Assembly (NCBI GenBank): GCA_036507075.1
Contig: DASXQR010000041.1
Location: 1 to 38,000, forward strand
Length of the DNA stretch: 38,000 nt
Direction: 5' to 3'
Source: Acidobacteriota bacterium
Lineage (GTDB): Bacteria > Acidobacteriota > UBA6911 > JACQSX01
In this document: positions 25,845 to 35,934 of the stretch, one piece after another
How the letters are laid out: the number at the start of each line of letters is the position of its first letter
Numbering within the stretch: the first letter of the stretch is position 1
Notes under the pieces: generated by a model
Databases searched by the model: none
What the model was told of the DNA's origin: nothing
Seen by the model: the letters and a program-made list of their open reading frames with translations, nothing else
Made by a program: the position numbers and the translations under genes

Positions 25845-27881
25845 ATGTGCATTTTGTCCCGGTTTGTTCGAACGACAAAAGTGCCTCGCGCGAGTGTCTG
25901 CACTCTGTCGCAGTTAGTGGTATTGCTGCTCATCTGGGCTGCCGCGCCGCTGCAGTATCGCGCCGCTGCGTTGCCACCCGCGCCGACCAATGTACTGATC
26001 ATTACCGTCGACACGCTGCGGTCCGACTACCTGGGATGTTATGGCGGCCAAAAGATCGCGACGCCCAACATGGACGCCATGGCGGCAGGCGGCGTTCGCT
26101 TCCGCACAGCCATATCTCAAGCGCCTTTGACACTGCCTTCGCACTGCTCGCTGTTCACCGGTATGTACCCGCTGTCCACTGGCGTGCGCGACAATCTGGG
26201 CTATGCCTTGACGCCCGATCATCTTACGCTGGCGGAAATTTTTCGAAGGCAGGGTTACCGCACCGCGGCTTTTGTCTCCGCTTACGTGCTTCATTCCAAG
26301 TGGGGAATAGCCCAGGGGTTTGAACTTTATGACGATGTCTTCAAGCGCGGCAACGAGCGTACATCTTCGGAGTGGTCTGTGGAACGCAAGGGAGACGCAA
26401 CGGCGCGAGCCGCGCAGCAGTGGCTGGAAAACTCCACCAGCGCTCCTTTCTTTTGTTGGGTGCACTTCTTTGACCCGCATGACCCGTATGATGCGCCTGA
26501 ACCGTTCAGGTCGCGTTATCGTGATGACCCCTACGGCGCGGAAGTCGCTTATGCAGACTATACGGTCGGCCGGTTGCTGGATTCTCTGAAGCGAAGCGGA
26601 AAATACAAGAGCACCCTGATTGTTCTCACAGGTGATCATGGCGAGAGCCTGGGAGAGCATCAGGAACCCAATCACGGGTTATTCCTTTATGATTCCACTC
26701 TTTTGGTCCCACTGATTTTCAAATTGCCGGGCGAACCGGGCACATCGCGAACCGTGGACGATCCCGTTCAACTGGTGGATCTCGCTCCTACCGTGCTTCA
26801 GGCAGTGGGTATCCCGCGGCCCTCGCACATGCAGGGCCACGGCCGGTGGAGCGCAATTCTGGGCAGGGCTGAATCGACTGCCGCCACACCCGCATATTCG
26901 GAGACTTACTATCCGAACGAATTTGGTTGGAGCGAACTGCGTTCCTGGCGGACTAAAGATTTCAAGTTTGTGTTGGGACCCGATCCCGAACTATACGACC
27001 TGAAATCAGACCCCAGTGAGAGCCGCAATCTGGCCAAGTCCAACTCTGCACTGGCTGAAAAATATAAGGCTGCGCTGCGCGCGTTTGAGGCCAGATACAC
27101 CGACCTGAAAGCAACGCACAGCGCCCAGACACAATTGTCGGCACAGGATCTGGAGAGATTCCGGGCGCTCGGTTACATCAGCGGCGGCGGCGAGGCGCCA
27201 CGATCCGGCAGCACGGCTCTGCTTCGTCCCGACCCCAAGCAAAAAATCGCAGAGTATCTCCTGATTTCAAAGGCCACAACCTTAATCGCCCAGAGTCGTT
27301 TCCGCGAAGCGCTGGTGTCGCTGCGAGTTCTGTTGCAAAAAGATCCTTCCCTGCTCACGGCTCATTCTCTGGCCGGACAGTGCCACCTTCAACTGCAGGA
27401 TTATGATCAGGCGCAAACGGCCTTCGAACAGGTGGTGCGAGAGCAGCCGGATCGGGTTTATCCGCTGTACTACCTTGGACTGTCTCACTTCTATCGGAGG
27501 CAGTACGATCGCGCGGCGTCGCTGTTCGAGAACGTGGCCCGGCTCGATCCGCGATTTTTCCCTGCTTACAATTATCTCGGACTTATTTACAGCGACCTGG
27601 GGCAGACGTCAAAAGCAATTGACGCGCTTTCCAGCGCCGTGCGACTTGAAGAAAATACGCGGTCGCTGCAGATGCTTGGCATGCTTTATGCGAAAGAGAA
27701 GATGCTGGACAAGGCGGCAGAGACTTTTCGCAGAGTCACTGTGCTGGAGCCGGAAAACGCCATGGCTCATTTTCACCTGGCAGGCATTTACGCGCTGCAG
27801 GGACACAACGAACTGGCGCGTCGCGAGTATCAGACCGCGGTCAGGCTTGATCCAAAAATACGTGAGCAACTGAAGAAATGA
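25845..27881 (+). CDS. Sulfatase-like hydrolase (alkaline phosphatase superfamily) fused to C-terminal TPR repeats
   Basis: NVLIITVDTLRSD, PLTLPSH, HFFDPHDPY, GDHGESLGEH, ELYDLKSDPSE, ALGYI, then TPRs. The start is uncertain; the ORF-track start at 25626 lies inside a repeat. Confidence 0.88.
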   Translation: MCILSRFVRTTKVPRASVCTLSQLVVLLLIWAAAPLQYRAAALPPAPTNVLIITVDTLRSDYLGCYGGQKIATPNMDAMAAGGVRFRTAISQAPLTLPSHCSLFTGMYPLSTGVRDNLGYALTPDHLTLAEIFRRQGYRTAAFVSAYVLHSKWGIAQGFELYDDVFKRGNERTSSEWSVERKGDATARAAQQWLENSTSAPFFCWVHFFDPHDPYDAPEPFRSRYRDDPYGAEVAYADYTVGRLLDSLKRSGKYKSTLIVLTGDHGESLGEHQEPNHGLFLYDSTLLVPLIFKLPGEPGTSRTVDDPVQLVDLAPTVLQAVGIPRPSHMQGHGRWSAILGRAESTAATPAYSETYYPNEFGWSELRSWRTKDFKFVLGPDPELYDLKSDPSESRNLAKSNSALAEKYKAALRAFEARYTDLKATHSAQTQLSAQDLERFRALGYISGGGEAPRSGSTALLRPDPKQKIAEYLLISKATTLIAQSRFREALVSLRVLLQKDPSLLTAHSLAGQCHLQLQDYDQAQTAFEQVVREQPDRVYPLYYLGLSHFYRRQYDRAASLFENVARLDPRFFPAYNYLGLIYSDLGQTSKAIDALSSAVRLEENTRSLQMLGMLYAKEKMLDKAAETFRRVTVLEPENAMAHFHLAGIYALQGHNELARREYQTAVRLDPKIREQLKK

Positions 27882-29611
27882 TCTGTTCCGGGAATGGCAA
27901 GGAGCGCGTCGGCCGTGCAACTCCGGACGGTGGGGGAATGTTTTGTCGCTCGCCGCTCGCGGCTCGGGTTCGTCAGGCCGCCAGGGCGAATACCGGCGCT
28001 GGATGGTTCGCGGCGGGCGCAATTTTGTTTTCGGCCTTGTACGGACTGCTCCCCCTTTTACCGGCAGCGGAGGTCCCGGCATCGGCCGGGCAGAAACAAC
28101 GATCCGAAACGACCGCCGATTACTACCGGAAGTGGTTGACTCAGGACGTCGTCTACATCATCGCAGAAGAAGAAAAAAAAGTTTTTGAGAAACTCACCAC
28201 GGTCGAGGAGAAGGAAAAATTCATCGAGCAGTTCTGGTTCCGTCGCGACCCCGATCCGAACACGGCCGTGAATGAATTCAAAGAGGAGCATTATCGACGC
28301 ATCGCCTATGCCAACGAGAGGTTCTCGGTCGGGCAACCCGGCTGGATGAGTGACCGCGGCCGAATCTATGTCATCCACGGACCGCCCGCGCAGATCGAAT
28401 CGCATCCGGCAGGCGGCCATTACTCGCGCCCGAGCTGGCGAGGCGGGGGATTCACACAGACATACCCTTTCGAGGTCTGGCGCTACCGCTACATCGAGGG
28501 CATCGGCTCGGATGTGGAGGTCGAGTTTGTGGACCGAAGGTTGACCGGGCAGTATCAAATTGCCACCAGCCCTGAGCAGAAGGATGCGCTGCTGCAGGTC
28601 GGCCGTTCCGGGCCGACGCTGGCCGAAATGCTGCGGCGCGAGCGCAAGGGTGATCGTCCATATTTTTCACCGATCAACTCGGGTGACCGCTTCCAGCGGA
28701 TGCAGGACACGCCGTTTGAGCGCTATGCGACGTTTGTCAGACTCCAGCAGGCGCCGAAACTGAAGTTCCCGGATCTGCGCGAGCTGGTGAAGGTGAACAT
28801 CAGCTATCAGAATTTCCCTCTCAAAGTTCGGCCTGATTACTTCAGGCTCAACGAAGAACAGGTGCTTGTACCCATCACAGTGGAGATCGAAAACAAGGAC
28901 CTTACTTTTAAGGATGCTGAAGCGGGCCGCACGGCTAACGTTGCGGTATATGGAGTGCTCAGCACCATCAATAACCGGATCGTCGAAGAGTTCGAAGATG
29001 AATTGGATACTTTGTATTCTCCCTCCGAATTCGGCCGGGCAGCCACGGAAAAATCGATTTATCAGAAGGTAGTGGTTCTCGATCGTCCTTCACGATGCAA
29101 ACTGGACCTGATAGTAAAAGATCTGAATGGAAATCGGGTGGGCGTGGTCCACCAGCTCGTCGCCCCCCCTGCGTTCGATCCCGGCAAGCTTGCCGCAAGT
29201 TCGCTGCTTCTCTCAGACTTTATTGAACAGGTGGATGAAACCGGAAAGGAAAATCAAATGTTCCTGCTGGGGAATGTCTGGATCCATCCCAGCCTGAATA
29301 ACATCTTCTCTCCACGCAAGCCGATGGGCGCTTACCTGCAGGTCTATAACGCCGCTGCCGACCCGCTGACGCAGTCGCCCTCGCTGAGCATCGAATACAG
29401 GATTTCAAAAGGAAACAAGGCCTTGTGGGGGCTGTCGGATCAGTCCGGCGACTCGGTGCGGTTTTACTCCGATCGACGGATCGTCATCATTCGGGAACTG
29501 CCGGTGGCCGATCTGGCAGCGGGTATTTATCGGCTGGATGTGACAGTGCAGGACCGGATCAAAGGAGAGAAGCTTACGACGGGCGAGACGTTCAGTGTGG
29601 CTGCACCGTGA
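27878..29611 (+). CDS. GWxTD domain-containing protein
   Basis: YRKWLTQDVVYII, FIEQFWFRRDP, NEFKEEHYRRIAYAN, PGWMSDRGRIY, FEVWRYRYI; ATGA overlap with the sulfatase stop (alternative start 27938). Confidence 0.93.
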   Translation: MICSGNGKERVGRATPDGGGMFCRSPLAARVRQAARANTGAGWFAAGAILFSALYGLLPLLPAAEVPASAGQKQRSETTADYYRKWLTQDVVYIIAEEEKKVFEKLTTVEEKEKFIEQFWFRRDPDPNTAVNEFKEEHYRRIAYANERFSVGQPGWMSDRGRIYVIHGPPAQIESHPAGGHYSRPSWRGGGFTQTYPFEVWRYRYIEGIGSDVEVEFVDRRLTGQYQIATSPEQKDALLQVGRSGPTLAEMLRRERKGDRPYFSPINSGDRFQRMQDTPFERYATFVRLQQAPKLKFPDLRELVKVNISYQNFPLKVRPDYFRLNEEQVLVPITVEIENKDLTFKDAEAGRTANVAVYGVLSTINNRIVEEFEDELDTLYSPSEFGRAATEKSIYQKVVVLDRPSRCKLDLIVKDLNGNRVGVVHQLVAPPAFDPGKLAASSLLLSDFIEQVDETGKENQMFLLGNVWIHPSLNNIFSPRKPMGAYLQVYNAAADPLTQSPSLSIEYRISKGNKALWGLSDQSGDSVRFYSDRRIVIIRELPVADLAAGIYRLDVTVQDRIKGEKLTTGETFSVAAP

Positions 29612-29616
29612 ATCCG

Positions 29617-29750
29617 AATGCGGAATGGGGAATGCGGAATGCGGAATCGGGTCAACTTAAGTCTCGAATGAGATGACAGCGCGGCGCACGCCGCCCACCT
29701 TGCCACACAGTGCTGGCCTATTCCCTATTCCGCATTCCGAAATCCGCATT
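29617..29750. repeat. Inverted heptamer tandem repeats (AATGCGG versus ATTCCGC) between convergent genes
   Basis: aatgcgg aatgggg aatgcgg aatgcgg aat (29617-29647) and attccct attccgc attccga aatccgc att (29720-29750). Confidence 0.85.
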
Positions 29751-29791
29751 TGCAGCGGCCCTGCTGCTCAGTGCCATTACGGCGTTGCAGC

Positions 29792-32700
29792 CTACCAGAG
29801 GACTTTCAGCCCGAACTGGATCTCCCTTCCGGCTCCGGCGCTGGTGATTCGCCCAAAGCTGTCCGAGAGCATCAGTGTATCGGGAGAGCGAAAGTTGGTG
29901 TTGTTGAACAGATTGAAAAATTCCGCGCGGAATTGCATCCGGCTCTCCTCCGTTATCGGCATATGGAAGTCCCTTAAGATTGCCACGTCCCAATTTACGA
30001 AGGAAGGTCCGCGGCTCAGGCCTTTCGCTGCATTCCCGTAAGTCCCTATCCCCGGCAGCGCGAAAGCATCGACGTTAAACCAGCTGCTCACTTTCGAGTT
30101 GTTGGAGTCATGGCTTTTCTTCGGGTTGGTTACTGCCACAGGGTGCTGCTCCGAGCCATCGGAGGTTCCATTCAGCGCCCGGTCTTCTCCAATAAAAAAC
30201 TCCAGCGGTGGACCGCTGCTGTAACGGAAAATCGGGCTGAACGTCCAGCCGGAAGCCAGGCGTCCCAAGGGACCGCCGAGCGTCCTCCCGGCGTAGGGAG
30301 AAAGCAGAGCAGAGACGGCCACCACGTGCCGCCGATCGAACTCCGCCAGGCCGCGCTCGGATCGCTTGGGATTGAACGGGTTTGGCGTATCGCCGCCCAG
30401 ATTGTCCGTTGAATTCTCGTCGATGGCCTTCGAGAGAGTGTAAGAAGTCAGGACTGAGAATCCGTCCGACAGGCGCTTGTTCACTTCCACATCGAGGCCG
30501 TGATACCAGGAATCGAACATGCCGCTCAGCATCAGGTTGTAATACGCGCCATAGATCCCTTTGCCGTAGCGCACGCGCTCGTCCACATTCTCCAGCGTGG
30601 AGCGCGGATTTCCCTGCGCATCATTGCCCGGGATGAAAACCGCCGGGTTCCAGGGCCAGAACGACAGCAGCTTGCGGCCGATCTTTCCCACATAATCCAT
30701 CGACAGCAGCAGATCCGGATTTATCTGCCGCTGGAATCCGAGGTTCCAGTGCATCATGTAGCTGTTGCGCAGCCCCATGTCGGTCGAGAACGGATTCATG
30801 GGAAGGTCGAAGCCGCCTTCTTCAGGGCGAGGGTTCACGTTGGGCAGCGGTTGCGTAACTCCGGCTTTGGGAGCCGACAGCCTGCCGTTGGAAAAGCCCT
30901 GCGTGCCCGCAAACGGCGGATTCACCTGCGCCAGCGTGTCGGCATTGGCGGTGTCGTAGAACATGCCGAAACCGGTGCGGATACTGGTTCGCCCGTCGCC
31001 CGTTACGTCATAGACGATTCCCAGGCGCGGAGCAAAATTGTTTTTATCTGCGCGCACCAGGCCCGCGGGCAAATCAAAATTGGCGAACAAGTAACCGGGA
31101 GGAGCGTTCTTGAGCGGCGCCTTGGTTACATTCGTCTTGTCGATAGGGAATACGACCGAGGAAAGCCCAATTTCGCGGCGGTCATTCCAGGGTGAAGGAA
31201 GCTCATAGCGCATGCCAAGATTCAGTGTAAGACGGGGAGTAACCTTCCACTCGTCCGCGAAGTAGAGGCTCCAATACCAGGGCTGAAGCGTGTCATTCAG
31301 GCGCCGCCCGTAGCCGACCGAGTTCGAGCGCCATGCCCCGAGCAGGAAGTCAAGCATCACGTCACCCGAGCGGGCGCCGTTGAAGCTGAACGTGGGCGGG
31401 CTGAGCCATGACTGCCGGAACGCCAGGCGGAAGAATTCACCTCCGTACTTGAATGTGTGATTGCCCCTGGTCAAGCTCATTGCCTCATGGAAGTTGTAGG
31501 CGTCCTGCTTAAACTCGTCGTTGGCGCTGGCACGCAGAGAAAAGCGTCCGGACACGTTGAACTGCGGCGCTCCGTAATCGGTGTAATTCGGATAATCCAT
31601 CCCGAGCGACTCTGTGGAGCGAAAACGCGAGTTCTTCACCTGCTGTCTGGCGGGATTCGTTCCAAATGTAAAACTGTTCAGCAGATTATGCGAGAAGACG
31701 TATGTATGGGAGAATCCGACGTTGTGGAAGAGGGACTGCGTGCTCGATTCCATCCAGCCGGGAATATTTCCCTGAATGCGTGGAGGAAGCTCGTTCCTGT
31801 TGTAATAATAATGAACGAAGAAGTTCTGCTTGTCGCTGATCTGAAAATCACTGCGAATCATCACCAGCGCGTTGTTGTTGGGTGATGGATTGTTCGTCAC
31901 CAGACGCCCGTCAGGCGTATTGGGCGGCGGGATCAGTTGCAGGATCTTTACGCTCACGGGGTCAAACAGCGTGGTTGGGACCTGGTTGTTGGCGAACGAC
32001 TGGCCGGAGAATGGATTCCTCAGTTGCCTGCTGCGGCTGGAAAAATCTCCGGCACGCTCCGCTGCGGTAGGAGGGAATGCATTGGTGGCAGATGCCTGGG
32101 GCCGATCCCGAAAACCTTCATAGGTTCCGAAGACGAAAATCTTGTCTTTGATAATCGGACCTCCGGCGGCGGCGCCGAACTGGTTTTGAATGCGGTGGGG
32201 CTTCACCGTCTGGAAGAAACTGCGCGCATTCAAGCTGCTGTTGCGATGAAATTCCCAGATTGAGCCGTGCAAGGTGTTGGTGCCCGACCGCGTGGCGATG
32301 CTCACGATCGAACCTGCGTTGCGGCCTTCCGCCGCTGAGAAATTATTAGTCTTAATGCGGAACTCCCGCACCGCGTCGGGCGGCGGCGGATTCATCCCCG
32401 TGTTGCGGGAGGAGTGGTTGAAGTACGCCCCGTTCAGCGAGAAGTAATTCTGATTGGAGCGGCTGCCGTGCACCGTCAGTTTCGGGCCGCTGCGCGAGCC
32501 GGTCTGCACCTGGGGCGCCGACACGGTGGAAACACCCGGAATCAAAGATGCCAGCGAAATCACATTGCGGCCCGCCAGCGGCAGGTCGGTGATGCGCTTA
32601 TCGTCCACCAGGCCTGACATCTCTGCCGTGCGGGTGTTGACCATCAATGCATCGGCCTGCACGGTTACCGACTGGGAAACCTCTCCCACTTCCAACTGCA

Positions 32701-33034
32701 GATCTACGCGCACCGGCTCGCCGACGGCAAGCTTAATATTGGGCCGAACCGCTTTCTTGAAACCGGTCAGCTCTGCAGAGATAGTGTAAATCCCCGGGGG
32801 GAGCGCTTCAAAGTGGTAGAAGCCGCCGTCATCGGAAACCACTTCCCTTTCCAGGCCAGTCTCTACATTGCTGGCTTTTACGACGACTCCCGGGATCACC
32901 CCCTGCGTGGCATCGGCGATCCTGCCGTGAATGACCCCAGTCACCAACTGGGCCGGGACGGGAACGGACGAAAGGGCGATCAGAAGAAGACCGAAACCGA
33001 CGATGTGTCGATTCGACGTGCCTTGAGGATGCAT
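29792..33034 (-). CDS. TonB-dependent receptor (Oar-like) with carboxypeptidase regulatory-like domain
   Basis: RBS AGGAGG before ATG 33034; signal ending VPA/Q; LPLAGRN, EFRIKTNNFSA, RSGTNTLHG, NNFAPRLG, terminal IQFGLKVLW. Confidence 0.93.
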   Translation of the reverse strand: MHPQGTSNRHIVGFGLLLIALSSVPVPAQLVTGVIHGRIADATQGVIPGVVVKASNVETGLEREVVSDDGGFYHFEALPPGIYTISAELTGFKKAVRPNIKLAVGEPVRVDLQLEVGEVSQSVTVQADALMVNTRTAEMSGLVDDKRITDLPLAGRNVISLASLIPGVSTVSAPQVQTGSRSGPKLTVHGSRSNQNYFSLNGAYFNHSSRNTGMNPPPPDAVREFRIKTNNFSAAEGRNAGSIVSIATRSGTNTLHGSIWEFHRNSSLNARSFFQTVKPHRIQNQFGAAAGGPIIKDKIFVFGTYEGFRDRPQASATNAFPPTAAERAGDFSSRSRQLRNPFSGQSFANNQVPTTLFDPVSVKILQLIPPPNTPDGRLVTNNPSPNNNALVMIRSDFQISDKQNFFVHYYYNRNELPPRIQGNIPGWMESSTQSLFHNVGFSHTYVFSHNLLNSFTFGTNPARQQVKNSRFRSTESLGMDYPNYTDYGAPQFNVSGRFSLRASANDEFKQDAYNFHEAMSLTRGNHTFKYGGEFFRLAFRQSWLSPPTFSFNGARSGDVMLDFLLGAWRSNSVGYGRRLNDTLQPWYWSLYFADEWKVTPRLTLNLGMRYELPSPWNDRREIGLSSVVFPIDKTNVTKAPLKNAPPGYLFANFDLPAGLVRADKNNFAPRLGIVYDVTGDGRTSIRTGFGMFYDTANADTLAQVNPPFAGTQGFSNGRLSAPKAGVTQPLPNVNPRPEEGGFDLPMNPFSTDMGLRNSYMMHWNLGFQRQINPDLLLSMDYVGKIGRKLLSFWPWNPAVFIPGNDAQGNPRSTLENVDERVRYGKGIYGAYYNLMLSGMFDSWYHGLDVEVNKRLSDGFSVLTSYTLSKAIDENSTDNLGGDTPNPFNPKRSERGLAEFDRRHVVAVSALLSPYAGRTLGGPLGRLASGWTFSPIFRYSSGPPLEFFIGEDRALNGTSDGSEQHPVAVTNPKKSHDSNNSKVSSWFNVDAFALPGIGTYGNAAKGLSRGPSFVNWDVAILRDFHMPITEESRMQFRAEFFNLFNNTNFRSPDTLMLSDSFGRITSAGAGREIQFGLKVLW

Positions 33035-33149
33035 AACTGCCTCCTGACACAAATGCGGTGAATAATGAATTTAGCCGTTGTGGCGAACTGAAGCGATTGT
33101 GATCTCGGAACGTTCGACGGTCAAGAAAAATCTGTTCTCCAAAGCCGGT

Positions 33150-33294
33150 AGTGATTCAGTTGGCTGCCATTGCAGTACCGCGATCCGTAAGGTCGCGGCG
33201 AGCCGGATAGACGGTTCTCCGAAGCGACCGCGTGACTGACGCGCTGCGACCTTACGGATCGCGGTACTGCAATGGGCAGCCCAACTCGATCACT
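33150..33294. repeat. REP-like doublet (CAGTACCGCGATCCGTAAGGTCGCGG and its reverse complement)
   Basis: ccattgcagtaccgcgatccgtaaggtcgc (33167-33196) pairs perfectly with gcgaccttacggatcgcggtactgcaatgg (33246-33275); pairing extends imperfectly to 33150/33294 and includes the stop codon of the kelch gene. Confidence 0.85.
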
Positions 33295-35809
33295 TCTCTT
33301 TCCGATAACGCAGCGCACATACGGAGGCCTGGCCTTTGTCGCCTCCCGGTCCCAGGACCAGCAATACCACATCATTGCGCGGGTCGTAAACCATGGCGCG
33401 GTTCTGGCCTACCCTGTCAATGCCGGTGTCGCCTGCAAACGGAATATCAATCCTGCGCCATGTGTTCTCCCCGACCGAATACTCCCACATCGCCGGCGCT
33501 GACTTCTTCTCCGGGTCAGGACCATAAGTCAGGAATACGTCCTGCCGCGGAATGTACACCGCTTCACGACTGCAGGAGGGCACGCTGCGGGAAGGCGGTT
33601 CGACCTTTGGAACCAGTTTTCTCCAGGAGCGCGTCTGAAATGAAAAGGCCCACAACTCGTTGCGCTGTTCTCCGGCGCCATGAAGGAGCACCTGATCGCG
33701 CCGCGTATCATAGGCCAGGCTGGTCATCTCGTAAAGATGCTGGGGCGCAGGTGAACCTTTGCTCAGGCGTGTCCAGTTTCCGGTACCGGCATCCAGCAGA
33801 AAAATGGCCTTATTCTCCGGCTGCGATGTGTTCCATGGCAGCATATAGCCGGCATCGTTCAGACGTCCCGGCCAAAAAACGTCGACGCCCACCGCACCGT
33901 GCGGCGTGCTGAGCAATGTGTCCAGTCCTTCCGGAGCGGCGCCGATCCAGCGCCACTGCGCAGTGTCCGGGTCGTATGTCCAGGTTGTGTACTTCACATA
34001 TGAGCCAGGAGATTTGACCAGCGCGTCCGCCGCCGCCCATCGCAGCGCCGGGATCTCCTTCATTTTCGGAAGCGGCGGGTCGTAACCTTCCGTCAGCCGA
34101 ATGGGACGAACCATGATCATCTTGCGGCTCACCGGGTCGTAGGTGTAAATGCGCCGCCCGTGATCGGTCCACGGCTTGCCCTGGAAAGTTACCCCTGCCA
34201 GGCGCACACCGTGATCCCAGGCACGCTCCGGATATTCGGGCGCCGGATCGCGTCTCAGCCACGTATGCTCACGCACGCTATAGGCATCGACGTCGCTGCC
34301 GCCGTAGCCGCAGTGACCGCCTCCCCAGTACAGAATCAGCCCGCGATCACTGTCGAAGGTCGCCGAGCCCCAGGTGCGAGTGGGAGCATTCCTCGCGGGA
34401 TTAGAGAGCGGCGTCCACTGATTTACCGGCAGCGCCTGCAGTCGCTGCGATTGTTGCTGAATCTGCAGCGCTGCATCGAGGCCTGCCGTTTGCGGCGCCG
34501 TCTCGGCTTTGGGAATATTTTCAGGTGGCAGAGCTCTGCCTGCCGCAGAGAGAATCCCCGCAGGATCGATGCGGTACCCGTAAGTAGTGCGCACCGGATA
34601 AAGCACGTTGCAAGTGGTTCTGTCCCCCGGTGTGCGCGTGTTGGTTAGTAAGACGATCAGATGCCTTTCGGGATCGATGTCGGCGGTGATGTAAAAGCCG
34701 GTCGGCACGCGGCCCTGCAAAGAAAGCCAACGGTCACCCGCGACGTCGTACGCCCACATGTCTTCCAGGTCGCGGCGGTTGTAGCCGCCGCCCACAATGA
34801 CCCAGCCTGTCGCGGGATCGTACACGGTGAAATGGCCCGCACGCGCTTCCGGTCCGGACGAGGCGCGAGAAGCCCGCCACTCTCCACGGCGCAGATCGTA
34901 AATCCATGTGTCGGTAAGGTAGTGGCTTTGGGCATCGCCGCCGAACAAAACCAGGCAGTGATTCCGGGAGTCCAGCACCATGCGGGTATTCATGCGCGGC
35001 TCAGGTTGCGCCGAGAGATTCAATCGATGCCAGTTGGAGTCCTGAAAGCGGTAGGCCCACATTCCGGTGTAGCCGACCAGTCCACCCCGAGGACCTGGTT
35101 CGGCAACGTGGCCGCCCCCAAAAAGCAGAACTTCGTTCTGAAGCGGATTGAAGGCCAGCGAACCACCCACTACCGGCGGCGGGCTGGTGCTCGGCGCCAG
35201 ATCCGACCAGCGACGATGCGCGACGTCGTAGGCGGCCGTCAACCCGCCGGTGAAGTAGACGAGTGATTTTCTCGAAGGCACGTAAGTGACCTGGTCAAAA
35301 ACGATGTTGAGGTCCGGCCGTGGCGCTCCTTCCTGTTCTGCGGTAGGGCCGCGAAGAACCGTGCGCTCGCTCCCGGTGGTGATTCCGGAATATGTGCGGG
35401 GCACGTATGCCAGCGGCAGTTTTCGGTTCCACTGCTGCTCCCACTCCGGCGGAAGGTGATTGGACCAAACGCTGCGGTCGGGATCGAACCTGACCATGTC
35501 GTATTCGGGAATCTCCATCAGCGGTTGTTCCTGCAGCAGATCGGGATCTGAATTCATGAAGCCCCAAAGCAGGAAGCCGCCGCCATCGTCGGGTGCGTAA
35601 CGGACGGCACAGCCGCGCCTTCCTCCAGTCATGCTCTGGTGAAGCTCGGTCCAGGCATTCGGCGAAAGCTTAGCGGCGGCAAATTCAGGATGGGCGAACG
35701 GGGAAGCAGCGACCAGCAGCGTCACAAGCGCCGTCAAAATACCGGATAAGTTTGCTCTCCTTTTTCGGAGCGAATTTCTGCACTCGCCAGTTCTTAATCT
35801 CGGCAACAT
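33290..35809 (-). CDS. Secreted kelch-like beta-propeller protein (probably two propellers), function unknown
   Basis: Signal-like N-terminus; repeats LLFGG, LVLFGG...DTWIYD...W, IVGGG...DMWAYD...W, YWGGGH, YDP...W. Confidence 0.8.
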   Translation of the reverse strand: MLPRLRTGECRNSLRKRRANLSGILTALVTLLVAASPFAHPEFAAAKLSPNAWTELHQSMTGGRRGCAVRYAPDDGGGFLLWGFMNSDPDLLQEQPLMEIPEYDMVRFDPDRSVWSNHLPPEWEQQWNRKLPLAYVPRTYSGITTGSERTVLRGPTAEQEGAPRPDLNIVFDQVTYVPSRKSLVYFTGGLTAAYDVAHRRWSDLAPSTSPPPVVGGSLAFNPLQNEVLLFGGGHVAEPGPRGGLVGYTGMWAYRFQDSNWHRLNLSAQPEPRMNTRMVLDSRNHCLVLFGGDAQSHYLTDTWIYDLRRGEWRASRASSGPEARAGHFTVYDPATGWVIVGGGYNRRDLEDMWAYDVAGDRWLSLQGRVPTGFYITADIDPERHLIVLLTNTRTPGDRTTCNVLYPVRTTYGYRIDPAGILSAAGRALPPENIPKAETAPQTAGLDAALQIQQQSQRLQALPVNQWTPLSNPARNAPTRTWGSATFDSDRGLILYWGGGHCGYGGSDVDAYSVREHTWLRRDPAPEYPERAWDHGVRLAGVTFQGKPWTDHGRRIYTYDPVSRKMIMVRPIRLTEGYDPPLPKMKEIPALRWAAADALVKSPGSYVKYTTWTYDPDTAQWRWIGAAPEGLDTLLSTPHGAVGVDVFWPGRLNDAGYMLPWNTSQPENKAIFLLDAGTGNWTRLSKGSPAPQHLYEMTSLAYDTRRDQVLLHGAGEQRNELWAFSFQTRSWRKLVPKVEPPSRSVPSCSREAVYIPRQDVFLTYGPDPEKKSAPAMWEYSVGENTWRRIDIPFAGDTGIDRVGQNRAMVYDPRNDVVLLVLGPGGDKGQASVCALRYRKEK

Positions 35810-35934
35810 AGATCGCCCCGGTGGAATCGACTGCGAGGTTGCGCGGGAAGTCGAATTCCAACTGTAGTGGAGGTTGAATTATATGCTGATCAGATTGACG
35901 GTCCGAGAAAGAATAAGCGGTTCGATGCGAGTGT

